NCBI GenBank assembly: GCA_963749655.1
Contig: CAVVOB010000019.1
Location: forward strand, 113,643 to 177,642
DNA: 64,000 nucleotides
Reading direction: 5' to 3'
From: Nitrospirota bacterium
GTDB lineage: Bacteria; Nitrospirota; UBA9217
A program made the translations under genes and the position numbers. Below, in pieces: positions 1 to 9,234 of this stretch (within the stretch, counting starts at the first letter, position 1; every line of letters starts with the position of its first letter). The notes below the pieces were generated by a model that had not been told where the DNA came from, searched no databases, and saw only the letters and a program-made list of their open reading frames with translations.

Positions 1-1377
1 GGCATTCAAGCGTTCTCGAAAAGGGGTAATATTCTCCTCGGCGATGGTGAATCCGGCCGCGTACTTGTGGCCGCCGAATCCCAGCAGCAGGTCGGAACAG
101 GCGTTCAGTCCTTCATAGAGGTCGAATCCGGGAACGCTGCGGGCCGATCCCTTGCCCACGCCGTTCTGTACGCTGATCAGCGCCGTGGGGCGAAAAAACT
201 CATCAACCAGGCGTGAGGCAACGATGCCTATCACTCCCGGGTGCCAGGAACCCGAGGACAACACGATCGCACCCAGCGCCGCGGTATCTGCCTGACGGCA
301 TTGCTGCTTCGCATCAATGCTGATCGTTTCCTCGACGGACTGCCGCTCCCGGTTCACGGCGTCCAGGGCAGACGCCAGATTCATCGCTTCTTCCTTCGAA
401 TCGGTGGTGAGCAGCCGGAAGGCCATGTCCGCCCGCTCGAGCCTGCCGCTGGCATTGATCCGGGGAGCGATGGTGAAACCCACGGTGCCGACGCCGACCC
501 TCTTGCCGGTCAAGCCAGCTACCTGCTTCAGGGCCACGATGCCCGGCCGCTGCGACGATGAATCCGACGACAGGAGCTCCAGCCCGTGCCTGACCAGTAC
601 CCGGTTCTCGCCGACGATCCTGCCCACGTCCGCAACAGTCCCCAGGGTGACCAGGTCGAGGAGGGACCGCATCATTTCGTCGTCCGCCCCCGCGCCGAGC
701 ATTGCCTGGGCAAGCTTGAATGCGATCCCCACGCCCGTCAGGCAGCTCACGGCATCGCGCTCCGTCGGAGATGCTGAGGGTACGGTGAGCGCCGGATGCA
801 GGACGGCATAAGCGCGGGGCAGTTTGAGGTCCGGCGGGCAATTCAGACCGCCTGAACTCCGCGGTCCATGGCCTTCTATCTCATGGTGATCGGTGATGAT
901 AAGGTCGAGCCCGAGAGAGAGGGCCGCTTCGGCTTCGCGCAGGGCGGTCACGCCGCAATCCACGGTAATGACGAGGGTGATGCCTGAAGCCTTGAGCTTG
1001 TCCAGCGCCCCGGCGTTCAGCCCGTAGCCTTCAGAGAGCCGGTCGGGAATATAACTGGTTACGTTCCCGCCCAGACGCTTCAGCACCAGGTACAACAGAG
1101 CCGTTCCCGTCACGCCGTCCACGTCGTAATCGCCGTAGACCGCTATGGGCTCCCCTTTTTCGATTGCGGCCCTGATCCTCGCTGCGGCGCGGTCCATTTG
1201 AAGGAACAGCGAGGGTCCGGTCAATGACGCGAGATCGCAGGCGAGAAACGACGTTGCCGCTGCAGGGTCGGTGATCCCGCGATTGACCATCAGCCGGGCT
1301 ACGAGGGGGTGCAGCCCGGCCCGGTCCGAGAGCGCGGCCGTAATGCCGGCATCAGGCTCTGCAAGGACCCATTTCAT
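1..1377 (-). CDS. recJ: ssDNA-specific exonuclease RecJ (3' end runs off the window)
   Basis: Manual translation from ATG 1377: MKWVLAEPD...LMVNRGI...YGDYDVDG...YIPDRLSEGYGLN...ITVDCG...ITDHH...PRINAAGR...GKGSARSVPGF, all DHH/RecJ motifs. Confidence 0.95.
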   Translation of the reverse strand, partial: MKWVLAEPDAGITAALSDRAGLHPLVARLMVNRGITDPAAATSFLACDLASLTGPSLFLQMDRAAARIRAAIEKGEPIAVYGDYDVDGVTGTALLYLVLKRLGGNVTSYIPDRLSEGYGLNAGALDKLKASGITLVITVDCGVTALREAEAALSLGLDLIITDHHEIEGHGPRSSGGLNCPPDLKLPRAYAVLHPALTVPSASPTERDAVSCLTGVGIAFKLAQAMLGAGADDEMMRSLLDLVTLGTVADVGRIVGENRVLVRHGLELLSSDSSSQRPGIVALKQVAGLTGKRVGVGTVGFTIAPRINASGRLERADMAFRLLTTDSKEEAMNLASALDAVNRERQSVEETISIDAKQQCRQADTAALGAIVLSSGSWHPGVIGIVASRLVDEFFRPTALISVQNGVGKGSARSVPGFDLYEGLNACSDLLLGFGGHKYAAGFTIAEENITPFRERLNA

Positions 1378-1386
1378 GCTCACTGC

Positions 1387-1578
1387 TTATCCCTTTTTTT
1401 CTTCGTTGTTCTGGTCCTTCTTGGCCGTCTGGTCCGCGTTTCCGTCCGAGAGGCCTTTTTTGAACCCTCGAATCGCCTTTCCGAGACCCTCACCGAGTTG
1501 GGGGAGCCGGCTGCCTCCGAAAATGACCAACGCAATGACAAGGATGATCGCCAACTCCGGCATTCCTAATCCGCACAT
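1387..1578 (-). CDS. tatA: Twin-arginine translocase TatA/E subunit
   Basis: GLGMPELAIILVIALVIFGGSRLPQLGEGLGKAIRGFKKGL. Confidence 0.93.
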   Translation of the reverse strand: MCGLGMPELAIILVIALVIFGGSRLPQLGEGLGKAIRGFKKGLSDGNADQTAKKDQNNEEKKG

Positions 1579-2141
1579 GCTGCCTCCTCGTATTCTTTCA
1601 TCGTATTAAGATTGGTGAACGATCGCCGCAAAGGGTCAAAACGATCGATTTCCTGCTCCGTTATATATCGCACACGCAGCCGGTCGTAAATCTCCCGGAT
1701 GCGCTGGCCCTTCGTTTTGATCTGCGTTTCAATGACCGGAAGCGCCGTTCTGCGGTAGACCGCGTGAAGCGGCTCAAGGAACCCGTTGAATGAGGCGATA
1801 ACGGCATCGTGGCCGTCGGACTGTCCCGCCATGAAGGCCAGGAGCTCCCGGTTAAGGCAGGGCATGTCGCAGGCCACGACGATATTGCAGTCGTCGGAAG
1901 ACCGCAGAAGTCCTGAATAGATGCCCGTGAGCGGACCCCGCTGTTCGAATACGTCGGTCACCACCTCTGCGGAAAAGCCCGCATACCGGTGCGGCTCATT
2001 GGCCACAATCACAAGAGTGCCGCAGAGCGGCTTCAGCGACTGCAGCACCCGTTCGATGAGGGGAATGCCGGCAACCTTCAAAAACGCCTTGTCTGTGCCC
2101 ATGCGCTTACTCGCGCCGCCTGCAAGCACGATACCCGTCAT
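1566..2141 (-). CDS. mobA: Molybdenum cofactor guanylyltransferase
   Basis: LAGGASKRMGTDKA, GPLTGI, ACDMP, EPLHAVY and NLNT motifs. Confidence 0.93.
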   Translation of the reverse strand: MTGIVLAGGASKRMGTDKAFLKVAGIPLIERVLQSLKPLCGTLVIVANEPHRYAGFSAEVVTDVFEQRGPLTGIYSGLLRSSDDCNIVVACDMPCLNRELLAFMAGQSDGHDAVIASFNGFLEPLHAVYRRTALPVIETQIKTKGQRIREIYDRLRVRYITEQEIDRFDPLRRSFTNLNTMKEYEEAACAD

Positions 2142-2281
2142 GATTAAAATTACAGTATTTACCGCAGGGTGTCAACTGCGAACTTGTAATCCCGGCGCAC
2201 CGGTGCAGGAAAAGGTTCGTCGCGGAGACCGGAAGCAGGAGTCAAATGATCTCTTCTCGTTCCCATTCCGGCATCGGCTCA

Positions 2282-2320
2282 TTGATTTTCACTTTCCCGG
2301 CCGTTATACTTAGACTAAGT
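2282..2320 (+). promoter_or_regulatory. Sigma70-like promoter with overlapping palindromic operator
   Basis: TTGATT-17bp-TATACT (2282-2310); the palindrome ACTTAG-A-CTAAGT (2308-2320) overlaps the -10/+1 region. Confidence 0.55.
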
Positions 2321-2349
2321 CGGACGTTATTGTGCTCCAGGAGGTTGCA

Positions 2350-3277
2350 ATGAGCATTTCCCATAACTTTTTCGCGAAAGCAGCCTGTCTTGTTCTGGTC
2401 ACGGCACTGGCAATAACGCCGGCGACGTCCCTGGCTCACGGCATAGCGGGTCAGCGATTCTTTCCCACGACCTTCGCCGTGGACGACCCCTTTGTATCCG
2501 ATGAATTCTCCCTGCTCTACGGTCGCATGAGAATGGTCGGCGATGCAGGCGGACCGGCGATCGACGCTGATTCGCTGTCAATAGAGCTGTCCAAACGCAT
2601 CACCCCGCTCTTCGGGATCACCCTTGCTGAGACCTATCAAAATCTCCATACCCTCGGCGACGGAACAGCGCGCGGTTGGGGCAATCTCGAAGCCACGGCA
2701 AAATATCAATTCTTCACGAGCGAGGAGCATGAAACAATCCTTTCAGCGGGGGTAACCGGAGAGATCGGCCATACAGGAGAGCCGGCAGTATCGGAACCGA
2801 TCTCGACGATCTCGCCTGTTCTCTATTTCGGCAAGGGATTCGGCGATCTTCCGGATGCAGTCGAAATACCTCAAGCCCCTGGCAATAACCGGCGTCATCG
2901 GCCCTAACTTACCTTCCCGGAGCTACACCGACGATGTCAAGAACCCTGCAACGCTCACCTGGGCCTTCTCGGTCCAGTACAGTCTCCTCTACCTTCAGTC
3001 TTTTGTAAGCGATGCGGGCTTCGGAGCTCCCTTCAACAGGATGGTGGCCATCGTCGAATTTCCCATGGAAACCTGTTTGAACGGGGACTGCAAGAACCAG
3101 ACGACGGGGACCGTGAATCCGGGTTTTGCCTGGATCGGAAAACGCACTGAACTCGGCCTTGCAGCACAGATACCGGTCAATGACCGCTCGGGCTCGAATG
3201 TCGGCATTTTCGCCCTGTTCCATCTTTTCCTGGACGATCTGTTCCCGACCGGCATAGGAAGGCCGGTATTTCCATGA
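2350..3277 (+). CDS. Exported beta-barrel-like protein associated with copCD (frameshift near 2860)
   Basis: Signal peptide then AHGIAGQRFFPTTFAVDDPFVSDE; ORFs 2332-2907 and 2855-3277 join as GDLPDAV/KYLKPLAITG; stop overlaps the copC start. Confidence 0.7.
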
Positions 3278-3663
3278 GCCAGGGATCAGGTCATGAAACT
3301 GCAAGGAAAGCGGTCCTTGTCATGCTGGCGCTGATCTGCTTCCTGCCCGGCCGATCATGGGGCCATGCTTTTCCCGACCACGCCGACCCCAAGGTGGGTT
3401 CAACAGTGGCCGCCCCGCCGGCGTTGGTCCGCATCTGGTTCGACAGCAGGCTCGAACCCCTGTTTTCAAGCCTCATGGTCCATGATGCAAAGGATGAAAT
3501 GATAAGCAGGGGATCGGGACGGGTCGATGAAGCCGACCCCACCCTTCTGGAAGCGGACCTGCCTCCGCTGCGGCCGGGGACCTACCGGGTGATGTGGAGC
3601 GTGGTGTCGCGGGACGGACACCGGACATCGGGATCATACACCTTCACGATAAGATCGCCGTAA
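3274..3663 (+). CDS. copC: Copper resistance protein CopC
   Basis: Signal peptide, mature N-terminal HAFPDHADP, C-terminal WSVVSRDGHRTSGSYTF. Confidence 0.92.
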   Translation: MSQGSGHETARKAVLVMLALICFLPGRSWGHAFPDHADPKVGSTVAAPPALVRIWFDSRLEPLFSSLMVHDAKDEMISRGSGRVDEADPTLLEADLPPLRPGTYRVMWSVVSRDGHRTSGSYTFTIRSP

Positions 3664-3680
3664 CGCAGGGAGTAATCATC

Positions 3681-4721
3681 ATGATATTCCTTCTTCACAT
3701 CGTCCCCCAGTGGATAGAACTGACCGCTCTTGCGCTCGTTATGGGCGCTGTTTTCACAAGACTCTGGATCTACCCGCTCTCTGTCGACGGGCGCCCGATT
3801 GATCAAGGGAATAAGGTCCTGCGCAGGTTGTGCCTGATGCTCGGGACAGGCGCCGGTGTCATGCTTCCCGGCATCATCGCCGGCCTCCTGGCGAGGACCG
3901 CAGAGATGAGCGGCGACCCGATCCTTTCCGTCCTCCCGCTCCTGCCTTCCGTGGTGCTGAAAACGCACTACGGCAGGATATGGACGATCGGCGCTGCGGG
4001 CATCCTTCTCATGATCATCATTGTCGCAACAGGGGCTCCAAAACGCAATTCGAAGGCTGCGTGGTACGTCCTTCTTGCCTTCGGCGCCATAGTCGGCATG
4101 ACGCAGAGCGCCACCGGCCATGCAGCCGATGCCGGCGATTTCAGCATGGCGGAAATCGCCGACTGGCTCCATCTCATGGCGGCCATGGTATGGGTCGGCG
4201 GCTTGTTCGCGCTCGCCTTCGCGATCCTGCCCTTGCCGGTCATTGGAGAGCCTGGGGCAGGAGCTGTCGCCGATGCCGTTGCCCGCTTTTCAGCCATAGC
4301 GGGACCGGCGGCGTGCATCATTGCAGTCACTGCTGCATACAATGCCTGGCTGGACATCGGCAGCGCCGCCGCTCTTGCGAAAACGGAATACGGCAGGACT
4401 GCGATCGTGAAGATCATCCTCTTTGGCCTCGTTCTCGCTATCGCCGTCTTCAACCGCTTTGTTGCCCTTCCCTGGCTGAGAAACAAAGCCGGAAAGCCGG
4501 CTGTGCCGGAGGAAACAGTGCTCCGGTTCGTTGTTCCTGTCCGGCTGCGCCTCTTTCAGGCTTTAAACAGGAACGGCCGTTTGTTCAACAGAGCGGTGAA
4601 GGCTGAAGCGCTCTTCATGCTCGCACTTCTCTTGTGTGCGGTCATGATGCGACATGAAGTTCCGGCAAAACACGCCGCCCACATGGGTACGACCGGCGAA
4701 CACGTCCACGAACACAAATAA
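3681..4721 (+). CDS. copD: Copper resistance membrane protein CopD with His-rich tail
   Basis: SATGHAA, DWLHLMAAMVWVGG and TEYGRTAIVK motifs; follows copC. Confidence 0.9.
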   Translation: MIFLLHIVPQWIELTALALVMGAVFTRLWIYPLSVDGRPIDQGNKVLRRLCLMLGTGAGVMLPGIIAGLLARTAEMSGDPILSVLPLLPSVVLKTHYGRIWTIGAAGILLMIIIVATGAPKRNSKAAWYVLLAFGAIVGMTQSATGHAADAGDFSMAEIADWLHLMAAMVWVGGLFALAFAILPLPVIGEPGAGAVADAVARFSAIAGPAACIIAVTAAYNAWLDIGSAAALAKTEYGRTAIVKIILFGLVLAIAVFNRFVALPWLRNKAGKPAVPEETVLRFVVPVRLRLFQALNRNGRLFNRAVKAEALFMLALLLCAVMMRHEVPAKHAAHMGTTGEHVHEHK

Positions 4722-4833
4722 TCGTGAGTCTCAAAATCCGCAATTCGCAATCCGCGATTTGGTACTCCGGACGTGCAACCGCTATCGACATATGCTACAA
4801 TTTATCGAAACTCACAGTTACCCGGGAGGCGGT

Positions 4834-5313
4834 GTGCCAAGGACCATTTGGATCATTTTTGTTTTGTTCCTGCTGACAGACACGCAGCTATCAGCTGCAG
4901 GCCTTCCCAAAACCAGTAAGCCCGGTCCCGGAGACAAATGTCCTGTCTGCGGGATGTTCGTCGCCCGGTACGCCGATTTTCTGACAACCATCGTGTTCCG
5001 CGACAATTCAGCGGTCTTCTTTGATGGACCAAAAGACTTTTTCAAGTTCTATAATGACCCGGCAAGATATCTCCCGTCCCGGTCCGCACAGGATATTACG
5101 ACGATCTTCGTCACGGACTATTACAGCCTTGCCGCGATCGACGGGCGTACGGCCTGGTTCGTGATCGGCAGCGATGTGCGCGGCCCCATGGGCCACGATC
5201 TGGTCCCCTTCAGCAGCGAGGGCGCTGCGCAGGAGTTCATGAAGGACCACCGGGCAAGGCGCATCGTGCGGTTCCGCGAGGCGACCATCGATCTACTGAA
5301 GGAGCTGGAATAA
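4834..5313 (+). CDS. NosL-family metal-binding protein
   Basis: CPVCGM, FDGPKD, VTDYY, GSDVRGPMGHDLVPF; GGAGG upstream of GTG 4834. Confidence 0.88.
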   Translation: MPRTIWIIFVLFLLTDTQLSAAGLPKTSKPGPGDKCPVCGMFVARYADFLTTIVFRDNSAVFFDGPKDFFKFYNDPARYLPSRSAQDITTIFVTDYYSLAAIDGRTAWFVIGSDVRGPMGHDLVPFSSEGAAQEFMKDHRARRIVRFREATIDLLKELE

Positions 5314-5621
5314 TGCGCATCAGAAAGTCGAGCATGTTCTTCGTCTCCCTCGTTCTGCAGTGCCTGCTGCTTGCACTGATGGCGATCCATGCCGTGACCG
5401 TGCGTGCGGCCGCTGCCCCGGGCCTCGCGGAAAAACAGGCCCTGGTGCGGCTCTGCGGCCTGAGCGATCTCTGCCTTTTCACCGAGGCACGCTACACCCG
5501 CCACCCCGCCCTGGCTGATCTGCATTCGGCCTTTCAGGACGGACCCTTCTCCTTCGAACACTTCCCTTCCGGGTCCCTCGTTGATCCGCCGGCACATCTG
5601 CGAGGTGTCGGCGATGATTGA
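5313..5621 (+). CDS. Small membrane-anchored hypothetical protein of the NosL-ABC cluster
   Basis: Translationally coupled (TAATG); LSDLCLFTEARYTRHP motif. Confidence 0.7.
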   Translation: MRIRKSSMFFVSLVLQCLLLALMAIHAVTVRAAAAPGLAEKQALVRLCGLSDLCLFTEARYTRHPALADLHSAFQDGPFSFEHFPSGSLVDPPAHLRGVGDD

Positions 5622-6741
5622 AAAACAGCGGAACATCCTTGATTTCACTCTCTCATCGCTTCTCCGGAGAAAAGGGAAGAACGCCGCGCTTCTTGTCTCG
5701 TACACGCTGGTCGTCGCCCTGCTGGCCTCGGTCATGTTCCTGACCCACGCCCTCCGCCGGGAGGCGGCGCAGAATCTGCGCGATGCGCCGGACATGGTCG
5801 TGCAGAAGCTCGTTGCCGGGCGGTACGACCTCGTTCCTCTTGCCTACCGGGACAGGATCGCCGGCATCCGGGGGATAAAGAATGTTGCGCCGCGCCTCTG
5901 GGGATACTATTTCGACGCCGGCATCGGCGCAAACTATACGGTCATGGTCCCCCTCGACGGAAGCGTTTCACCGGGATCAATAGTAGTCGGCGAGGGCGTT
6001 GCGCGAACGCGCAGGATCGGTGAGGGGGACGTCCTTCCCTTGCGCGGGTCCGACGGCAAAACACGGCTGTACGAAGTGGCCAAGCTCCTGTCTCCGGCGT
6101 CGTCCCTTGTGGCTTCGGACCTCATCCTCCTGTCGGAAGCCGACTTCCGCGATCTCTTCGCGATCCCGCGCAGTCATGCCACGGACCTTGTACTGACCGT
6201 GGGGAACCCGAAGGAACTTGCGACTATCGCCTACAAGATCACCCGCGCTCTTCCCGACACGCGGCCCGTGATCCGTGACGAGATCGTCAGGACCTACGAT
6301 TCCCTCTTCAACTGGCGAAGCGGCGTCGTTGTCGTCATTCTCTTCTCTGTTGTCGTTGCCTTCCTGATTTTCGCCTGGGACAAGGCCTCGGGCCTGAGCG
6401 CCGAGGAAAAGTTCGAGATCGGGATCCTGAAAGCGCTGGGATGGGAGACGTCGGACGTGCTGCTCATGAAACTCTGGGAAGGAGCGGCATTGTCATTCTC
6501 GTCGTTCCTGAGCGGGATCGTGCTGGCCTATATCCACGTGTTCCTCACGTCTTCGGCGCTCTTTCAGCCGGTGCTCAAAGGCTGGTCTGTTCTCTATCCC
6601 GACTTCCGGCTCGTTCCTTCCGTCAATGCCTATCAGGTCGCGACCATCTTCTTTCTCACGGTCGTACCCTATACGGTCGCGACGATCATACCCGCATGGC
6701 GGGCGGCTACGATCGACCCCGATGCGGTCATGAGGTCCTGA
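5614..6741 (+). CDS. ABC transporter permease, FtsX/MacB-like
   Basis: TM-periplasmic-3TM layout; EIGILKALGW; PAWRAATIDP. Confidence 0.9.
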   Translation: MIEKQRNILDFTLSSLLRRKGKNAALLVSYTLVVALLASVMFLTHALRREAAQNLRDAPDMVVQKLVAGRYDLVPLAYRDRIAGIRGIKNVAPRLWGYYFDAGIGANYTVMVPLDGSVSPGSIVVGEGVARTRRIGEGDVLPLRGSDGKTRLYEVAKLLSPASSLVASDLILLSEADFRDLFAIPRSHATDLVLTVGNPKELATIAYKITRALPDTRPVIRDEIVRTYDSLFNWRSGVVVVILFSVVVAFLIFAWDKASGLSAEEKFEIGILKALGWETSDVLLMKLWEGAALSFSSFLSGIVLAYIHVFLTSSALFQPVLKGWSVLYPDFRLVPSVNAYQVATIFFLTVVPYTVATIIPAWRAATIDPDAVMRS

Positions 6742-6743
6742 CC

Positions 6744-7430
6744 ATGATCATCCTGCGAGAAGTGGCGAAAGTATTCAACACCGGGAAACCCAACGAGTTT
6801 GCGGCGCTCCGGGGCGTAAGCATCGATATAGAAGAGCGCCTCTTGACCGTGATCAAGGGGCCGAGCGGTTCGGGAAAAACAACGCTCCTCGGCATCGTGG
6901 GGTGCATGGCCCGTCCCACAGCCGGCAGGATCCGTTTCCGCGAACAGGAGATCACCAGCCTCCCCGAGCGCTTCCTGACCGGGATCAGACGCACGACCTT
7001 CGGGTTCATCTTCCAGCAGCTCAACCTGCTCAAGGGAATCACCGTCCTGGAGAACGTAATGCTGCCTGCCTTCCCGACGGACGAGAAGCGTTCGAGCCTG
7101 GAAAGACGGGCAGCGGCCCTTCTCGACTCCTTCAGCCTCGGCCATAAGGCCTCCGCCAGGATCGAGTGGCTTTCCGGCGGTGAAGCTCAGCGCGCGGCCA
7201 TTGCGCGCGCCTTGATCAACAATCCGTCCGTGATCCTGGCTGATGAACCCACGGCCCATCTCGACACGGCGCTTTCCCGCGAATTTATGAACACCATGGT
7301 GAAATTGAAGAACGACGGGAGAACGGTCGTGATCGCAAGCCACGACCCCCTTGTATACGATTCGGGATACGTTGACCGCATCATCGAGATGCGGGACGGA
7401 AACGTGCTCGACCCGGGAAGGAAGACATGA
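6744..7430 (+). CDS. ABC transporter ATP-binding protein (LolD-like)
   Basis: GPSGSGKTT, LSGGEAQR, ILADEPT, SHD. Confidence 0.93.
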   Translation: MIILREVAKVFNTGKPNEFAALRGVSIDIEERLLTVIKGPSGSGKTTLLGIVGCMARPTAGRIRFREQEITSLPERFLTGIRRTTFGFIFQQLNLLKGITVLENVMLPAFPTDEKRSSLERRAAALLDSFSLGHKASARIEWLSGGEAQRAAIARALINNPSVILADEPTAHLDTALSREFMNTMVKLKNDGRTVVIASHDPLVYDSGYVDRIIEMRDGNVLDPGRKT

Positions 7431-8425
7431 TCCTCCATCCCTCAATTCTTGCCCTGACCGTAGCTTCCGTCCTGACGACGTTCCTGGTCCTTTCTGCGGC
7501 ATTATTCGGCGTCTCCATTGTGAGGCGCTGGGACCTTCAGAGCGGGAGCGAGGCTCAGCTCAACCTCGAACGACGGACCTACCTCATATCCACGCTCGTC
7601 GGTTATGCCCTCGGGTTTCAGCTCCTGTCTCTGTTCCTGTTCGTCTACACTGCCGACGATCTTTGCAGTCTTTTTACGGGCGCCATGTGCGCGGCAGGGA
7701 CCCTCAAGGTAAACTCCTATGGCTATCCCACGCTCCTGTTCAAGATCATGAACTTTCTTCTGGCCGCGGCCTGGCTGGTGCTGAACTCTGCGGACAACCG
7801 CGCCCCTGACTACCCCCTCATCAGGAAGAAGTATCTCCTGCTTTTCCTGGCTGCTCCGTTCATGGCAACGGAAACCGTGCTGCAGCTCCGGTATTTCGCA
7901 GGGCTGCATCCCGATATAATCACCTCCTGCTGCGGCACCCTGTTCAGCGCCGAGGCCCGGGAAGCAGGGGCCGCCCTTTCGACGATAGCGGGGCTCCCGA
8001 TGAAGGCGCCCTTTTTTGTCGTCATGGGGCTGACGATCGCGGCGGGTGTTTTCGTATATCGCCGCCGCGGTGCTGGAGGAGGGATGTTCTCTGTCATGGC
8101 CCTGGCCGCCTTTGTCGTCTCCCTTTTGGCGATCATTTCCACGATCTCTCCCTATGTGTACGAGCTGCCGACGCACCATTGCCCCTTCTGCCTTTTACAG
8201 GGAGAGTACGGTTACCGGGGATATCCCCTTTATCTGTTCCTTTTCAGCGGCGCCGCTGCCGGGGCGGGCACAGGGGTCCTCGCTCCTTTCAGAAACGTCG
8301 CAAGCCTCGCGGTCGTCATCCCGGCGATGCAGAGGCGGCTTGCCCTTCTTGCGATCGTCTGCTATAGTTTCTTTACAGCGATCGTGATCGCGAGCATGGC
8401 GGCTTCGAACCTTCGATTGGGTTGA
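7427..8425 (+). CDS. Polytopic membrane protein with Cys/His motifs
   Basis: Many hydrophobic segments; GAMCAAG, ITSCCG, HHCPFC; ATGA overlap with the ABC ATPase. Confidence 0.8.
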   Translation: MILHPSILALTVASVLTTFLVLSAALFGVSIVRRWDLQSGSEAQLNLERRTYLISTLVGYALGFQLLSLFLFVYTADDLCSLFTGAMCAAGTLKVNSYGYPTLLFKIMNFLLAAAWLVLNSADNRAPDYPLIRKKYLLLFLAAPFMATETVLQLRYFAGLHPDIITSCCGTLFSAEAREAGAALSTIAGLPMKAPFFVVMGLTIAAGVFVYRRRGAGGGMFSVMALAAFVVSLLAIISTISPYVYELPTHHCPFCLLQGEYGYRGYPLYLFLFSGAAAGAGTGVLAPFRNVASLAVVIPAMQRRLALLAIVCYSFFTAIVIASMAASNLRLG

Positions 8426-8646
8426 CCTTCGTTGCTGCCGGTCTGTTGATTCCACGCGCAGTTCAATGATCATCAGTTCTTTCACAAATCACTAAAATAA
8501 TTGCAAACTCCTGTCTCACCCAAAGCAGCGGAGGATGTAAAAAACTGCAACATTTCTCCTCTGGCCGCGTCCTTCGTAAGAGAACCATACATACAGGAGT
8601 GACAGCGGTATCGACATCATGAGTCAACACATTAGGAGGTTATGAA

Positions 8647-9234
8647 ATGATACGACAACGGGTAATCGTCCCCCTGATCGCAGTTCTGCTCCTGCTCGGC
8701 CTTGCTGATAAAGAACTGCGGGCGGAAACGCAGCCTGCCTACACCCGGACTGTCCTGCGTTATACCGTTCCCGACGTGACCCTCGTCAACCAGGACGGTG
8801 TCAGGGTCGGGCTCAAGAAACTGCTTTTGTCGAACAAGCCGGTGCTTGTGGACTTCGTCTATACGACCTGCACTACGATCTGCCCGGTCCTTTCCGCGAA
8901 CTTCACAAACTTCCAGAGAAAACTTGGTCCGGACTCAGTCAAGGCTCAGCTCGTATCCATTTCGATCGACCCTGAGAACGACACTCCGAAAGCCATGAAA
9001 GCTTACCTGAAGCGTTACAACGCGAAGCCGGGCTGGGATTTCCTGACAGGATCAAAAAAAGACATCGAAAAAGTGGTCAGGGAGTTCAAAGCACTTGATG
9101 CTCTCACCCTGAACAAGATGGACCACTACCCGCTGATTCTGCTGAAATCGCCTGCAAGCGACCAGTGGGTGCGCGTCTTCGGGCTCATCGGCACGACGGA
9201 ACTCATGAAAGAATATGAAAGGGCTCAACAATGA
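8647..9234 (+). CDS. SCO1/SenC-family copper chaperone
   Basis: FVYTTCTTICP (CxxxC), SISIDPENDTP, WDFLTG, conserved His; AGGAGG RBS. Confidence 0.93.
   Translation: MIRQRVIVPLIAVLLLLGLADKELRAETQPAYTRTVLRYTVPDVTLVNQDGVRVGLKKLLLSNKPVLVDFVYTTCTTICPVLSANFTNFQRKLGPDSVKAQLVSISIDPENDTPKAMKAYLKRYNAKPGWDFLTGSKKDIEKVVREFKALDALTLNKMDHYPLILLKSPASDQWVRVFGLIGTTELMKEYERAQQ

Noticed and set aside
241-841. Track ORFs overlapping recJ, and other long antisense ORFs (e.g. 33631-34749, 44433-45437, 52878-53912)
   Set aside because: These are shadow frames of well-supported genes in GC-rich DNA with no recognisable motifs.
4735-4760. AATCCGC/AATTCGC heptamer run
   Set aside because: Only three copies in an intergenic gap; no function can be supported.
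4834-5313. Evidence of N2O reduction
   Set aside because: A NosL-family gene alone is not diagnostic, and nosZ/nosD are absent from the window.
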